DNA of 64,000 bases from an uncultured Bacteroidales bacterium (GCA_900316845.1 ONEG01000006.1:424-64423), one strand, 5' to 3'; positions 9,727 to 20,381 are shown, counted from the stretch's first letter. The notes: generated from the letters alone by a model not told the origin. Numbers and translations are program-made.

Positions 9727-10946
9727 GGATTGATCAGCTGATCCTCCATCACATAGACGTGCTCCAGAGGAATGCCATGGTCTATGAGATTCTTCCGATC
9801 CGGACGGAAAAGAGCGAAAAACTCCTTGGACGTCTTGCATAACAACCGCGCTTGCTTATAGTTCTCATACGCCATCATCCGGTCGCCTCGCAGCAACAAA
9901 CAATGGGCATAATTGATATAATCCATCGGCTTATCTGTGCCCTCTCGCAAGATCTCCAGATAAATCTTCTCCGCGATCTGCGGATAATCCCACATCGCAT
10001 CGCGGAACCCGGCATGAACCATCACATACGCCAGCGCTTTCTCTCGACTCGGATACCCCTCAATTATCAAGGCATATAGCCACGTCCGCGGTATAAGCGG
10101 GATGACCTCCGTGATATATTTATGCTCCTGCGACGGGAATAATTGTGCAAAGGTCTGTGAATCATGCCCCATTCCGGACATCTCCATCAGCCGCTTCAGC
10201 TCCTCAGGAAACTGATTATCCTCGAACATGCTTTTCGCCAGCTCCTCTATCCAATTTTTCGACGAACTCTCCACCAGCGCACAAAGCACCTCAAACACAT
10301 GCTCGCTCAGGTCATTCTCGCCAATCACGTTCACCACCGCATCTTGTATCTGCGGAAAGAAATCGATGCGGATATCGTACTGAACCAGCAAAAGTGCCAC
10401 ATTCGAGATGCATTGGTCCAACACCGTCTCATTCTCTACGCTCATGCACTCGATCATCGTCAGGAAGGCTTCGAGTGAGAAACACGTTCTCAAATTATGC
10501 GCCAACGCAGACGTCGCCGCAAGCGCCAAAGAGGCTTTTGACTCATCGTTCATCACCTCTTTATACCACTCCAGATCCTCCGGCCGAAAACGGACGCAAT
10601 GTTCGAAATAATGCATGACCGAAGTAATGGAGTCATGGTTGAAACCATGAATCTCCGGCGACAGACCGCGCAACAGACGGATATCCGCATAGACGGCATC
10701 CACCATCTGGTAGGTCTCGCCGGTGATCTTACTCAACTCCTCATCCGAAGACGGCACATCGATATTCAGCCATTGCGTGAAGATCTCTTGGTAGCGCTTC
10801 TGGATGGAAGTGAACGCCTCTTCATAGGGGTTGTTCTCCCCTAACTCATTCAACCACGCACGTACGACCACCAGCGCTGTATCAATCATACATTCGCCTA
10901 ACGCCCGCTCGACTACCGTTACTTGTTCATCCAGAGTTTGTGCCAT
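9723..10946 (-). CDS. hypothetical protein (helical, TPR-like C-terminus)
   Basis: 407-aa ORF with core-like codon usage. I recognised no diagnostic motif. Confidence 0.6.
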   Translation of the reverse strand: MAQTLDEQVTVVERALGECMIDTALVVVRAWLNELGENNPYEEAFTSIQKRYQEIFTQWLNIDVPSSDEELSKITGETYQMVDAVYADIRLLRGLSPEIHGFNHDSITSVMHYFEHCVRFRPEDLEWYKEVMNDESKASLALAATSALAHNLRTCFSLEAFLTMIECMSVENETVLDQCISNVALLLVQYDIRIDFFPQIQDAVVNVIGENDLSEHVFEVLCALVESSSKNWIEELAKSMFEDNQFPEELKRLMEMSGMGHDSQTFAQLFPSQEHKYITEVIPLIPRTWLYALIIEGYPSREKALAYVMVHAGFRDAMWDYPQIAEKIYLEILREGTDKPMDYINYAHCLLLRGDRMMAYENYKQARLLCKTSKEFFALFRPDRKNLIDHGIPLEHVYVMEDQLINP

Positions 10947-10960
10947 CTGTCTCTTCCTTC

Positions 10961-11911
10961 TTAAAACTCCTCGCGAATCAGATAATCATTACGCGAAGGG
11001 CTGTTTCGTATCACTAATTCTGCCAGGAAGCCTGCCAAGAACAACATGCATCCCAAGATCATCATCAGTATGGCGATGTGGAAATACGGATTTACGCCCA
11101 CTAACATCGCGTGCACGCCATGCGACAGCGCGTACAACTTCATGCCGCCGACCACAATGACAGCGATAAATCCGATGAAGAACATCAGACTTCCAACCAG
11201 GCCGAAGAAATGCATCGGCTGCTTGCCGAACTTATTCAGGAACCACAGCGTCAAAAGATCCAGGTAGCCGTTTACGAAGCGGTTGATACCGAACTTCGAC
11301 GTACCGAACTCCCGCTTGCGATGCTGAACGACTTTCTCTCCGATCTTCGTAAATCCCGCATTCTTAGCCAGATACGGGATATAGCGATGCATCTCCGAGA
11401 AGACCTCGATATTCTTCACCACCTCATTCCGATACGCCTTCAGTCCGCAGTTCATGTCATGCAAATGAATGCCGGTCACCTTCCGCGCCGTGGCATTGAA
11501 GAGTTTGGACGGCAGATTCTTCGTCAAGGCGTTGTCATATCGTTTTTGCTTCCATCCGCTCACGAGATCGTATCCCTCTTCCGTAATCATGCGATAGAGC
11601 TCCGGGATCTCGTCCGGACTATCCTGCAAATCGGCGTCCATCGTGATGACCACATCTCCTTTCGCTGCCTTGAATCCGCAATACAAAGCCGCAGACTTAC
11701 CATAATTGCGACGGAAACAGATTCCGCGAATGACTTGGTTCTTCTCACGAAGCGATTGAATCACTTGCCAAGACTCGTCCGTTGACCCGTCATTGACGAA
11801 AATCAACTCATAAGAGAACTTGTTCTCCTTCATTACCCGGGCAATCCATTCATAGAGATGCGGCAACGATTCCGCCTCGTTAAAAAGTGGCACAATGATA
11901 GAAATATCCAT
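10961..11911 (-). CDS. family 2 glycosyltransferase (polyprenol-phosphate glycosyltransferase-like)
   Basis: Contains DISIIVPLFNEAES and FVNDGSTDES, with C-terminal TM helices. The ATG at 11911 lies downstream of a minus-strand TAATTTTG box (11932..11939), while the longer start at 11956 lies upstream of that box. Confidence 0.85.
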   Translation of the reverse strand: MDISIIVPLFNEAESLPHLYEWIARVMKENKFSYELIFVNDGSTDESWQVIQSLREKNQVIRGICFRRNYGKSAALYCGFKAAKGDVVITMDADLQDSPDEIPELYRMITEEGYDLVSGWKQKRYDNALTKNLPSKLFNATARKVTGIHLHDMNCGLKAYRNEVVKNIEVFSEMHRYIPYLAKNAGFTKIGEKVVQHRKREFGTSKFGINRFVNGYLDLLTLWFLNKFGKQPMHFFGLVGSLMFFIGFIAVIVVGGMKLYALSHGVHAMLVGVNPYFHIAILMMILGCMLFLAGFLAELVIRNSPSRNDYLIREEF

Positions 11912-11947
11912 ACTAAATTTTATTTTGTGTGCAAAATTACTATTTTT

Positions 11948-11979
11948 TTTGCACATATCAAAATTTTTTTGTAATTTTG
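11948..11979 (+). promoter_or_regulatory. Bacteroidota-type promoter (TTTG-N20-TAATTTTG) for the GH13 operon
   Basis: TTTG lies at 11948..11951 and TAATTTTG at 11972..11979, with the ATG at 11999. Confidence 0.65.
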
Positions 11980-11998
11980 CGCCAAAATACGTACCATT

Positions 11999-14044
11999 AT
12001 GAAAAAGACGATTTTCTTTTTAGCGATTCTTTCCTGTTTTTGGGGATGTAATAAGCCACATTATGCAGCCGGCTTGATGGCTGTCGAGTCTCCGATTATG
12101 CCGATTCGCATGAGTGGCGATACGATGCATATCGTGCTCACCGACTACGTGCCGGTTTTATACGGGGATACGACTTATTGGCAGGGCTTACAATGGACTA
12201 CCGGCGAGGCGATCGAATATACCAACCTCATCGGTACTCCGCAAGTCGTTCGCGAGATGGATATCATCAACCGTGATCATTCTATCCACGCTATCACTTT
12301 CCATGACAAGACCGGCAGTTTTGCCATCCCTGTATTGCCAGCCAAGCCCGTTCGCCAGAGCCTTTATTCGCTCAGCTACGAGGATGGCAAACTGCGTGTG
12401 GCATTCTTCGATACCGTCACGAATCCTACTATCGAGGCATATATCCAAAACACGCTCATTGACCACACCTTATGGCAAGCGGAGGAAGACGGCAGTTGGG
12501 CTTTGGACATGAACGCCATCGGCGATCAGTTGTCCGCGCTTCAGGGAAGAAGTTATCTGCGCGTCTTTGCCGAAGATGAGACATACCTCTACAACGACCT
12601 GCTATTGCCTTTGGAGAATGGACAGATTGTCACCGACGCTGCCCAACTGAACCGCCATGACCAGCAAGCACAGGTGTTATACTCCTTAATGATCGACCGG
12701 TTCTACAATGGCAATACCGCCAACGATTGGAAGATGAACAGCCCCGAAGTGCTCGACATCGTGGATTATCAAGGCGGTGATTTGGCCGGCATCACGAAGA
12801 AAATCAGCGAGGGCTATTTCGACCATTTGGGTGTCAACACGATCTGGATCAGCCCGATCACCCAGAACCCGTGGGACGCGTGGGGACTCTATCCTTTCCC
12901 GAACGGCAATAAATACGACAGTACCAAGACTTATACCAAATTCAGCGGCTACCACGGTTACTGGCCGATATATGCCACCAAACTCGATGAACGTTTTGGT
13001 ACGCCGGACGAACTGCGCACCTTATTAGATACCGCGCACGCGCACGAGATAAATATCATTCTGGATTATGTTGCCAACCACATGCATATCAACTCTCCTA
13101 CCCTCCAGGAGCACCCGGATTGGCATACAGACTCGATCCTGCCGGACGGCAGAAGGAATTTCGAGCTCTGGGACGATGCACGTCTGACCACGTGGTTTGA
13201 CAAGCATATCCCGACGCTGGACCTGGAGCGTGAGGAGGTCTGCGAGCAGATGACGGATAGCGCCCTTTATTGGTTAGCCAACTACGACCTGGACGGCTAC
13301 CGTCACGATGCCTGCAAGCATATCCCCGAGGGTTATTGGCGCATGTTGGGGCAGAAGATTGCTGCACGCTGGCCCGGCAGACCGATCTGGATGATTGGTG
13401 AGACATACGGTTCGCCGGAACTCATCGGCAGCTACGTCAAGTCCGGCATGCTCAATGCGCAATTTGATTTCAACGTCTATTTCACCGCCCGTGAGGCGCT
13501 TTGCGGACTCAAAGGCATGGATCAGGTGATGCAGAACGAATTGACTTCGCTCAGTACCTACGGTGCCCACCACACCATGGGAAATATCTCCGGAAACCAT
13601 GATCAGACACGTTTCGCCTCCATCGCCGGCGGTGCTATAGATATCTACAGCCAAGGCAAAGAAGAAGGATGGACCCGCGAAGTCGGTATCGGTGATACTG
13701 CTGTCGCTTACAAACGTGCGCTGCTGATGGAGGTACTCAACATGACCCTCCCCGGCGTGCCTTGTATCTACCAAGGCGATGAGTACGGAGAGGTCGGTGG
13801 TAATGACCCTGACAACCGTCATATGATGCGATTCGACAACCTCAATGAGGACGAGCAAAAGATGCGGAACGAAGTGGCTAAACTGATTCAGCTCCGCCGT
13901 CACTCGATGCCGCTCCTCTACGGAGATTTTATTCCGCTGATTGACCGCCCTGAGGAGATCGTCTTCCAGCGCATTTACCTCGGTCAGAAAGTAACCGTCA
14001 TGATCAACCGCGATGACTTAACATATCAAATCATAAATGAATAA
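11999..14044 (+). CDS. GH13 alpha-amylase family glycoside hydrolase (neopullulanase/cyclomaltodextrinase-like)
   Basis: GH13 conserved regions DGYRHDACKHI, MIGETYG and GNHDQTRF, plus a lipoprotein-like signal ending FWGC. Confidence 0.9.
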   Translation: MKKTIFFLAILSCFWGCNKPHYAAGLMAVESPIMPIRMSGDTMHIVLTDYVPVLYGDTTYWQGLQWTTGEAIEYTNLIGTPQVVREMDIINRDHSIHAITFHDKTGSFAIPVLPAKPVRQSLYSLSYEDGKLRVAFFDTVTNPTIEAYIQNTLIDHTLWQAEEDGSWALDMNAIGDQLSALQGRSYLRVFAEDETYLYNDLLLPLENGQIVTDAAQLNRHDQQAQVLYSLMIDRFYNGNTANDWKMNSPEVLDIVDYQGGDLAGITKKISEGYFDHLGVNTIWISPITQNPWDAWGLYPFPNGNKYDSTKTYTKFSGYHGYWPIYATKLDERFGTPDELRTLLDTAHAHEINIILDYVANHMHINSPTLQEHPDWHTDSILPDGRRNFELWDDARLTTWFDKHIPTLDLEREEVCEQMTDSALYWLANYDLDGYRHDACKHIPEGYWRMLGQKIAARWPGRPIWMIGETYGSPELIGSYVKSGMLNAQFDFNVYFTAREALCGLKGMDQVMQNELTSLSTYGAHHTMGNISGNHDQTRFASIAGGAIDIYSQGKEEGWTREVGIGDTAVAYKRALLMEVLNMTLPGVPCIYQGDEYGEVGGNDPDNRHMMRFDNLNEDEQKMRNEVAKLIQLRRHSMPLLYGDFIPLIDRPEEIVFQRIYLGQKVTVMINRDDLTYQIINE

Positions 14045-15395
14045 AACTACCATGAGAAAAACATTACTTTTTGCACTCGCATCCTTATTGATGGCGAGTT
14101 GCGCGGAAAAACAAGAGTTGCGTCACCCGGAATGGTCATATGACGCTACTATCTATGAGTTAAACACCCGTCAAGCGACCCCGGAAGGTACTTTTGCTGC
14201 AGCAGAGGCATTATTGCCCACCCTGCGTCAAAACGGTATCGACATCATCTGGGTCATGCCGTGCCAACCGATCGGCGTCATCACCCGCAAAGGTACACTC
14301 GGCAGCTACTACTCGATCATCGATTATTGCGCTATCAACCCGGAGTTTGGTACACGCGAGGACTTCGAGCATTTCCTGACAGCGGCTCACAAGCAGGGCT
14401 TTAAGGTCATCCTCGACTGGGTAGCTAACCACACGGCGCCGGATAGCGAATGGACCAAAAATGACGGATGGCACTACCGCGACAGCCTGGGTAACCTGAT
14501 GGTACAATACGATTGGACCGACATCTCCAAACTGAACTACAACAACCAAGATATGCGTAATGAGATGCTCAAAGCCATGCATTGGTGGATGGACTCTATC
14601 GGTATCGATGGTTTCCGCTGCGACGTAGCAGGCGAAGTGCCGACTGATTTCTGGAACTGGGCGATGGCTGATCTCCGTCTGACGCACCCGGACATGTTCA
14701 CCTTGGCGGAGGACGAAGATAAAGCGCAAGAGCTGACCGAAACGGCGTTCGACATGTACTACGGTTGGACGCTCCATCATATCATGAACGACGTAGCACA
14801 AGGAAAGAAAAGCGTTGATGACCTCTGGGCTTATTTTGCAAAGGCAGACACGACCATCCGTCCTGAAGCTATCCGCATGAATTTCATCACGAACCACGAC
14901 GAGAACTCCTGGAACGGAACGGAGCAAGAGCGCATGGGTGATGCAGTGCCTTTGTTCCAAGCCTTCTGTTATGTAGTACCGGGCATGCCGATGATCTACA
15001 CGGGTCAGCTGAGCGGTAACCACCATCGTCTGGAGTTCTTTGAGAAGGACTTGATTGATGTCGATGAGAACTACGCACAAGCGGATCTGTACAAACAACT
15101 GAATGGTCTGCGTGAGCGCAATAAGGCATTGTTCAGCCCGGAGGTTGGTGCACCGATGGTTCGTCTTGCGGCAGACAACGAGGCTATCTTCGCTTGCGCG
15201 CGTCAGAAAGAAGGTCGATGGCATACCAACACCGTCATTGCGGTGATGAATATGTCCGACAAAGAGCAAGAGGTTACGCTCGATCTCGCCGGATACGAAG
15301 GTTCTTATCAATGTATCTGCGGCAAGAAAGAGAAACTCGAAACCGCACAGACCTTCACCCTCGCCCCCTGGCAGTTTAAGATCTTTGAGAGATAA
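14037..15395 (+). CDS. GH13 alpha-amylase
   Basis: Contains DGFRCDVAGEV and FITNHDENSW, with lipoprotein signal LLMASC. An alternative start is at 14052. Confidence 0.9.
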   Translation: MNKTTMRKTLLFALASLLMASCAEKQELRHPEWSYDATIYELNTRQATPEGTFAAAEALLPTLRQNGIDIIWVMPCQPIGVITRKGTLGSYYSIIDYCAINPEFGTREDFEHFLTAAHKQGFKVILDWVANHTAPDSEWTKNDGWHYRDSLGNLMVQYDWTDISKLNYNNQDMRNEMLKAMHWWMDSIGIDGFRCDVAGEVPTDFWNWAMADLRLTHPDMFTLAEDEDKAQELTETAFDMYYGWTLHHIMNDVAQGKKSVDDLWAYFAKADTTIRPEAIRMNFITNHDENSWNGTEQERMGDAVPLFQAFCYVVPGMPMIYTGQLSGNHHRLEFFEKDLIDVDENYAQADLYKQLNGLRERNKALFSPEVGAPMVRLAADNEAIFACARQKEGRWHTNTVIAVMNMSDKEQEVTLDLAGYEGSYQCICGKKEKLETAQTFTLAPWQFKIFER

Positions 15396-15443
15396 TCGTT
15401 ATTACGTAATCCCGAAATAACGTCATCCCGTGATTACGACCAT

Positions 15444-15481
15444 AAAAAATCCCGAACGTGTTGTTCGGGATTTTCTTTTTT
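15444..15481. terminator. bidirectional rho-independent terminator
   Basis: atcccgaac (15449..15457) pairs with gttcgggat (15463..15471), flanked by an A-run and a T-run. It lies between the convergent amylase and fabG genes. Confidence 0.85.
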
Positions 15482-15490
15482 GACGGACGA

Positions 15491-16231
15491 TTATGCCATC
15501 GCTCCGTTGACTTGGATGACTTGTCCGGAGACATACGAACTGAGGTCGGACGCCAAGAAGAGCGCCACCTTGGCAACCTCTTCCGGTTCACCACCGCGCC
15601 TCATCGGAATGAGCGATACAAACTGCTTGAGCGTCTCTTCGCTAAGCGCCTTCGTCATGTCCGTCAGGATGAATCCCGGGGCGATGGCATTAGCGCGTAC
15701 GCCGCGGCTGCCTAACTCTTTCGCCACGGATTTGGTCAGCGCGATGATACCTGCCTTCGACGCCGCATAATTCGCTTGACCGGCGTTGCCGTTGATACCC
15801 ACCACAGAACTAAGCGAGATAATCGAACCGCTACGTTGGCGCATCATCACCGGCGTTACAGCATGGGTGAAGTTAAAGGCGGATTTGAGATTCACCTGCA
15901 TCACCAGATCCCATTGTTGCTCCGTCATACGCATGAGCAACGTGTCACGGGTGATTCCGGCGTTGTTGACCAGAATATCTATGCGTCCGAAATCCTTCAT
16001 AACGTCATCCACTACCGCGTGCGCAGCCTCAAAATTAGACGCATCGGAGGCATAAGCCTGTACTTTGACGCCCAGCGCTTTAAGTTCATTACTGGTCTCA
16101 ATACATGCTTCGTTCATCTCCAAGTCCGTGAACGCGATATTAGCGCCTTCACGAGCGAAAGCCAACGCTATCTGTTTGCCTATTCCACGGGCAGCCCCCG
16201 TGATCAAAGCTGTTTTTCCTTCCAATAACAT
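15491..16231 (-). CDS. fabG: 3-oxoacyl-ACP reductase (SDR)
   Basis: Contains TGAARGIGKQIA (TGxxxGIG) and the catalytic NYAASKAG (YxxxK) motif. Confidence 0.9.
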   Translation of the reverse strand: MLLEGKTALITGAARGIGKQIALAFAREGANIAFTDLEMNEACIETSNELKALGVKVQAYASDASNFEAAHAVVDDVMKDFGRIDILVNNAGITRDTLLMRMTEQQWDLVMQVNLKSAFNFTHAVTPVMMRQRSGSIISLSSVVGINGNAGQANYAASKAGIIALTKSVAKELGSRGVRANAIAPGFILTDMTKALSEETLKQFVSLIPMRRGGEPEEVAKVALFLASDLSSYVSGQVIQVNGAMA

Positions 16232-16279
16232 AAAGACATTAACTATTTAGTCAATTTACCATTTTGCTATTTAACCCTT

Positions 16280-16849
16280 TCACTCATCCTCTATAGGGAA
16301 AACACCGGTCGGATGAAGAATCGTATATTTGCTCATTTCCTCGTTGGAATCAAACCCCACTCCCTCGATGATACTCTTCTCCCGCGTGATATGAATCGTC
16401 GAATCTGAATAGACACGATGGGTCTGCTGGTCCCAGTTCAGTTCCGGCGTGTCGAACTGCTCTCCTTTGCGATTCAGGGCATGGACGTTTCCCGTCAGCC
16501 GCCAGCGTTGCGCTTTCTCGTCATAATAAGCGTAGTCCGCCTTGAGCGATGCCTGTACGGAGAGGTCGAAATCAAACTGCTCGAGGTATATTCCCTTCGG
16601 AAACTCCTGATAAGGAGGTTCTGTCTGGTCGTAGATAAGCCATTGCGGTGCCTCGATGCGGTAACGGGTGATACCCGAGTCGGAAATCAAGGTACTTACC
16701 GTATCGGTGATGAGCACGGCTATCTGCTCACGGGGCACAGAGACAGCGGTCTGCTGTACCTCACTACGACGACAGGCAGAAAAAAACATAGCGAGCATCA
16801 TCAAGACACTCGCTATGCAGATATTATCGGATAGACGTCGTCTCACCAA
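16280..16849 (-). CDS. lptC: LptC-like LPS export periplasmic protein
   Basis: 189 aa with an N-terminal anchor ending FFSAC and a beta-jellyroll-like repeat pattern. The start may instead be an internal Met near 16801. Confidence 0.65.
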   Translation of the reverse strand: MVRRRLSDNICIASVLMMLAMFFSACRRSEVQQTAVSVPREQIAVLITDTVSTLISDSGITRYRIEAPQWLIYDQTEPPYQEFPKGIYLEQFDFDLSVQASLKADYAYYDEKAQRWRLTGNVHALNRKGEQFDTPELNWDQQTHRVYSDSTIHITREKSIIEGVGFDSNEEMSKYTILHPTGVFPIEDE

Positions 16850-18236
16850 TCCAGCCTCCTACGTAATAAGTGGAGCCCGAGAACTCGTTCGGCAAGTCGA
16901 AACGCTCCTCTTTGGTCGGATAGTACTTGCTATAGGACGAGATGAACTCGGAAGCCTGTGCCTCTACCGACGGGTCAATCTGTTTTGCTTTCACGAACTT
17001 ATCTACAGCAGCCCAGTAAACGGTCTTGTTCAAGATCCGTCCCTTAGCATCCTGCGGATAGAGTTGCGTTGAAGCATAAGCCATACCGATGATGATGTAG
17101 CAACGGCCCTGACCTTTGTTCAAACCCAGACCTTGCAGCGTAGCGATAGATGCCAACGCGTACTTACGCGCCTCTGCGTATTTCTTGAGGTTGTTGTAGC
17201 AATAGAACGCTGCGTTGTACTGATAATCAGCTACGTCCTCGAGCTCGTCCTCTACCATCGCCAACTTGATGGCCTGATCGTAGTAAGCCACAGCTGCCTC
17301 GTAGTCGCCTTTCTTTGCGGCCATCGAAGCACAACCTGCTGCGGACTCGTCGGTCGGTTGCAGTTTGTGAGCGGCCTCGCATGCTGCGAAATAAACGTCA
17401 CTCTCCGTGCAACGAACACGTTTGTAGAGTTTCGCGATCTTGGTCAGCATATCGAGGTTCGTCAGGTTGTCCTTCACTACTGCAGCGTAGATCTCATCCA
17501 GCTTCGAGCAATCAGCTGCTCCGGAAACAGCGAAGATATTATCTACATAATCTTTCTGTTTGCCTGCGATCTCGGCGTTCTTGTTGTTGGTGTTGGATGC
17601 CTGCTCGCCCAGATAGGTGCTTGCCAACTCATAATCCGCGATGAACTGCTCTGCTTTGCCGTTCGGGTCTTGTTTGTAGAGCGCATACGAAGCATCTACC
17701 AGTTTGACAAGAACAAGGATCTTGCTGCCTGCAGCCATACCCTCTACCGATTGACGCAGACACTCGCGAGCCTCTGCAATCTTTGAGTCTCCGAAGAAAT
17801 CGAGGTATGCCAGACCCTTCTCACCGAGGATATATGCCTTCGGATATTTGGGGTCATTGCCGAAGAAACGGATACGTTTGTCTTGCATCTCTACTGCCAA
17901 CTTCGCCAGACGCTCTTTCTCTGCGGGATCTGAAGCAGCCTGATACAGTGCCTCGACAATCTTCGAACCATCGGAATAGATGGATTTGTTAGCGTTCGGG
18001 CAAGTGGTATAAACCTCCCACCACGGTCCGTACGCGTCGGCGTACATTTTGTTTTTTACTGCCTCGTGGAAGAGCGATACGTTCATTACGCATTCCTCCG
18101 TGATTACGGGATCTTCCTCCACTACAGCGGGCGCCTGAGCAGGAGCCTCTTCCGCTGCTTTCTTCGGTTTCTTAGCGCATGCCAACGCCGGAACGGCGGC
18201 TGCCAACGCTACTACAAGGATAGTTTTCAGTTTCAT
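16824..18236 (-). CDS. TPR-like lipoprotein, function unknown
   Basis: Signal peptide MKLKTILVVALAAAVPALAC and a helical repeat-rich body. The longer start at 18278 is also possible. Confidence 0.6.
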   Translation of the reverse strand: MKLKTILVVALAAAVPALACAKKPKKAAEEAPAQAPAVVEEDPVITEECVMNVSLFHEAVKNKMYADAYGPWWEVYTTCPNANKSIYSDGSKIVEALYQAASDPAEKERLAKLAVEMQDKRIRFFGNDPKYPKAYILGEKGLAYLDFFGDSKIAEARECLRQSVEGMAAGSKILVLVKLVDASYALYKQDPNGKAEQFIADYELASTYLGEQASNTNNKNAEIAGKQKDYVDNIFAVSGAADCSKLDEIYAAVVKDNLTNLDMLTKIAKLYKRVRCTESDVYFAACEAAHKLQPTDESAAGCASMAAKKGDYEAAVAYYDQAIKLAMVEDELEDVADYQYNAAFYCYNNLKKYAEARKYALASIATLQGLGLNKGQGRCYIIIGMAYASTQLYPQDAKGRILNKTVYWAAVDKFVKAKQIDPSVEAQASEFISSYSKYYPTKEERFDLPNEFSGSTYYVGGWIGETTSIR

Positions 18237-18283
18237 AATCGTGTATTTTTTTGTTATTGTTGTTGTCTTTTTTATCATAGGGC

Positions 18284-18313
18284 GTCCTAGGTTGTCCTAG
18301 GTCATCCTATGTC
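18284..18313. repeat. 9-nt degenerate tandem repeat (GTCCTAGGT-like)
   Basis: Reads gtcctaggttgtcctaggtcatcctatgtc, just upstream of the minus-strand TPR gene. Confidence 0.75.
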
Positions 18314-18336
18314 TTTCTATCAAATCCCGTGCCAAA

Positions 18337-19572
18337 CTACAGTTTGCGCTTGAAGAACCAGTTCTCCGCAATCGAAGCACCGATGGTGAACCGCAGGGCA
18401 TGTTCCTCCAAACCGGCAGGAGAGCCGCGGTGGGTATATTCGATAGTGGTATTAATGACCGTTCCTATCGTATAGAGCGGAAAACCGATACCGATACCGG
18501 CGGTAATACGTTTGGATCCGATCATACTCAGATACTCGTCCTGCACGCTCACGCCGGCTCTCCATAACATCCGCTCAGCATACTTACGTCCCATCGGGTT
18601 ATGGCGGTACTCTACACCGAAAGCATAGCGGTTCTTGTCCTGCAGACCGTTATACGGATTATCGCCACGCAGGCCGTTATACATTGCCGACGCCATGCAT
18701 TGGCGTTCAAAATCAAAACCGATCGTCAGCCGGTTTGCCCAGTTATAGCTGGCTCCCACGCCCCACACCATCGGCAGCTGCCATCCGTCGCGGTAAACGG
18801 GGATGGAGTCCTCCGTCTGGGTCTCCACCACGATCAGGTCGCTATGCAGCTTCATCCGGTTCTCGAAAATAGCTCCGACGTTGATACTATGATCGCCAAA
18901 CGTATGGAAGAACTGCGCGCCGTAACGCAGACGCACGTTGCTCACGCTCAGGATCTCTGCCTGAATCGTCGGGTTCATGCCGGCCTCGTCAAAAGTGAGC
19001 GTGCGCATGTGCGACAGATCGCCCCACATATAATAGACGTTCGCACCCACAGCAAACCAATTCAGCACATTAAAACTCAAACCGCCATAGACCTGGCTGA
19101 TATTTCCATCGCCTGTATAGGCCTTGGTATAATGGTAATCTCCGCCGGAGGTGGAGTCACGCAACTCAATGTTATAGCCCACGGAACTGTACGGCAGCAA
19201 ACCCACCGACATCGCGATCCAACGCTTGAACAGCGGGAATTGCATCGTCACATATTCGAGGTTACCGTTGGCTTTGTTCTTCTTTCCTCCGGAATCATGA
19301 TACCTGCTCCAGTTTGCGCTGGCGGCGACATCAAACATAAAGGTCAAGGTATCGCACGAGGTATAGGAAGCAGGCTGTGAGGGGTTGATAGCGCGGTTGT
19401 TGCGCATACCAAGCCCGATGCCTCCCATCGCACGATAAGCCGTGGGGACGTTCTCGTTGAGGTCTCCGTATGCGTAGCGCGAGTAAGGCGAACTGGTCAT
19501 GTTTTGTGCCATGCCGTTTGCCGTTACCACAACAGCTATCAGCAAAAATATAGTTCTAAATTTTATATTCAT
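18337..19572 (-). CDS. outer-membrane beta-barrel protein (porin/FadL-like), putative
   Basis: Signal peptide, a TSSPYSRYAYGDL N-terminal motif, alternating beta-strand pattern and a C-terminal aromatic residue. Confidence 0.6.
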   Translation of the reverse strand: MNIKFRTIFLLIAVVVTANGMAQNMTSSPYSRYAYGDLNENVPTAYRAMGGIGLGMRNNRAINPSQPASYTSCDTLTFMFDVAASANWSRYHDSGGKKNKANGNLEYVTMQFPLFKRWIAMSVGLLPYSSVGYNIELRDSTSGGDYHYTKAYTGDGNISQVYGGLSFNVLNWFAVGANVYYMWGDLSHMRTLTFDEAGMNPTIQAEILSVSNVRLRYGAQFFHTFGDHSINVGAIFENRMKLHSDLIVVETQTEDSIPVYRDGWQLPMVWGVGASYNWANRLTIGFDFERQCMASAMYNGLRGDNPYNGLQDKNRYAFGVEYRHNPMGRKYAERMLWRAGVSVQDEYLSMIGSKRITAGIGIGFPLYTIGTVINTTIEYTHRGSPAGLEEHALRFTIGASIAENWFFKRKL

Positions 19573-19604
19573 TTTCAGTCTTTACTCTTTCAGCGGAGCG
19601 GTCT

Positions 19605-20381
19605 TTACTCTTTGAGCGGCTTTGCCGCGGTCTTATTAAAAATCAGTATTGTATTCAATCCTATCAGCACTAAGTTCTTCTCCACCCGTATATCCCGTTT
19701 CTCCGTGCGCGACGTGCGTACGTTATTAAGGATATAGGGCGCGTTTCCGCCGGTGAGGAAGGTCTGGAAATGCGGCACTTTCTCGCTCAGCGTCCGCATG
19801 TATCCCTTCACCTCGTAAGCGATCCCCCGTATCACTCCGGCAGCTATCGCGTCGCGGGTGTTTTTGCCGAAAAGCGGAATGAGTTCATTCTCCTCCACTT
19901 CCACCAGCGGCAGTTTCTTTGTCATCCGTTGCAGCATCGTGAACCGCATCTTCAGTCCCGGCGCTATGTTTCCGCCCATGTATTCTCCTTTGTCGGACAC
20001 AAAGTCATACGTGACAGCCGACCCGGCGTCGATGATCAAGAGGTTCTCATCGGGGCACAAACTCTTCGCTCCCACAGCCGCAGCCAGACGGTCCTGTCCG
20101 AGCGTTTGCGGCGTGTCATAACGGTTCACAATCGGTACCGGCGTGTTGTGATCGAAAAGCACGAAATGTTGCGAACGGCGATGAAGCGTATTCACTACCG
20201 CCGCTTCGATATTCACCACCGAGGAGATAATCGAATCCGAGATGTCGTACAAGTCAAACAGACGCTCCACGTCCGCCGATGAGAACTGCTTGTAGATAAA
20301 ATGGTTCATCATCTTACCATCGTCCGTCATCAGAGCCACTTTCGTCCGGCTGTTTCCTTGATCAATACACAGATTCATCAC
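19605..20381 (-). CDS. coaX: type III pantothenate kinase
   Basis: N-terminal LCIDQGNSRTKVAL, plus IIDAGSAVTYD and TGGNA motifs. Confidence 0.9.
   Translation of the reverse strand: MMNLCIDQGNSRTKVALMTDDGKMMNHFIYKQFSSADVERLFDLYDISDSIISSVVNIEAAVVNTLHRRSQHFVLFDHNTPVPIVNRYDTPQTLGQDRLAAAVGAKSLCPDENLLIIDAGSAVTYDFVSDKGEYMGGNIAPGLKMRFTMLQRMTKKLPLVEVEENELIPLFGKNTRDAIAAGVIRGIAYEVKGYMRTLSEKVPHFQTFLTGGNAPYILNNVRTSRTEKRDIRVEKNLVLIGLNTILIFNKTAAKPLKE

Noticed and set aside
14211-15311. A 366-aa minus-strand ORF. Similar long antisense ORFs lie at 21020..22063, 22877..23821, 49197..50261, 51593..52633, 53525..54637 and 59726..60703
   Set aside because: Each is fully nested antisense to a gene with strong family motifs: the GH13 amylase, acyl-CoA ligase, flavodiiron protein, FBPase, GroEL, DnaA and the DUF1573 protein. 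None has a recognisable motif or its own promoter, so all are treated as shadow ORFs.
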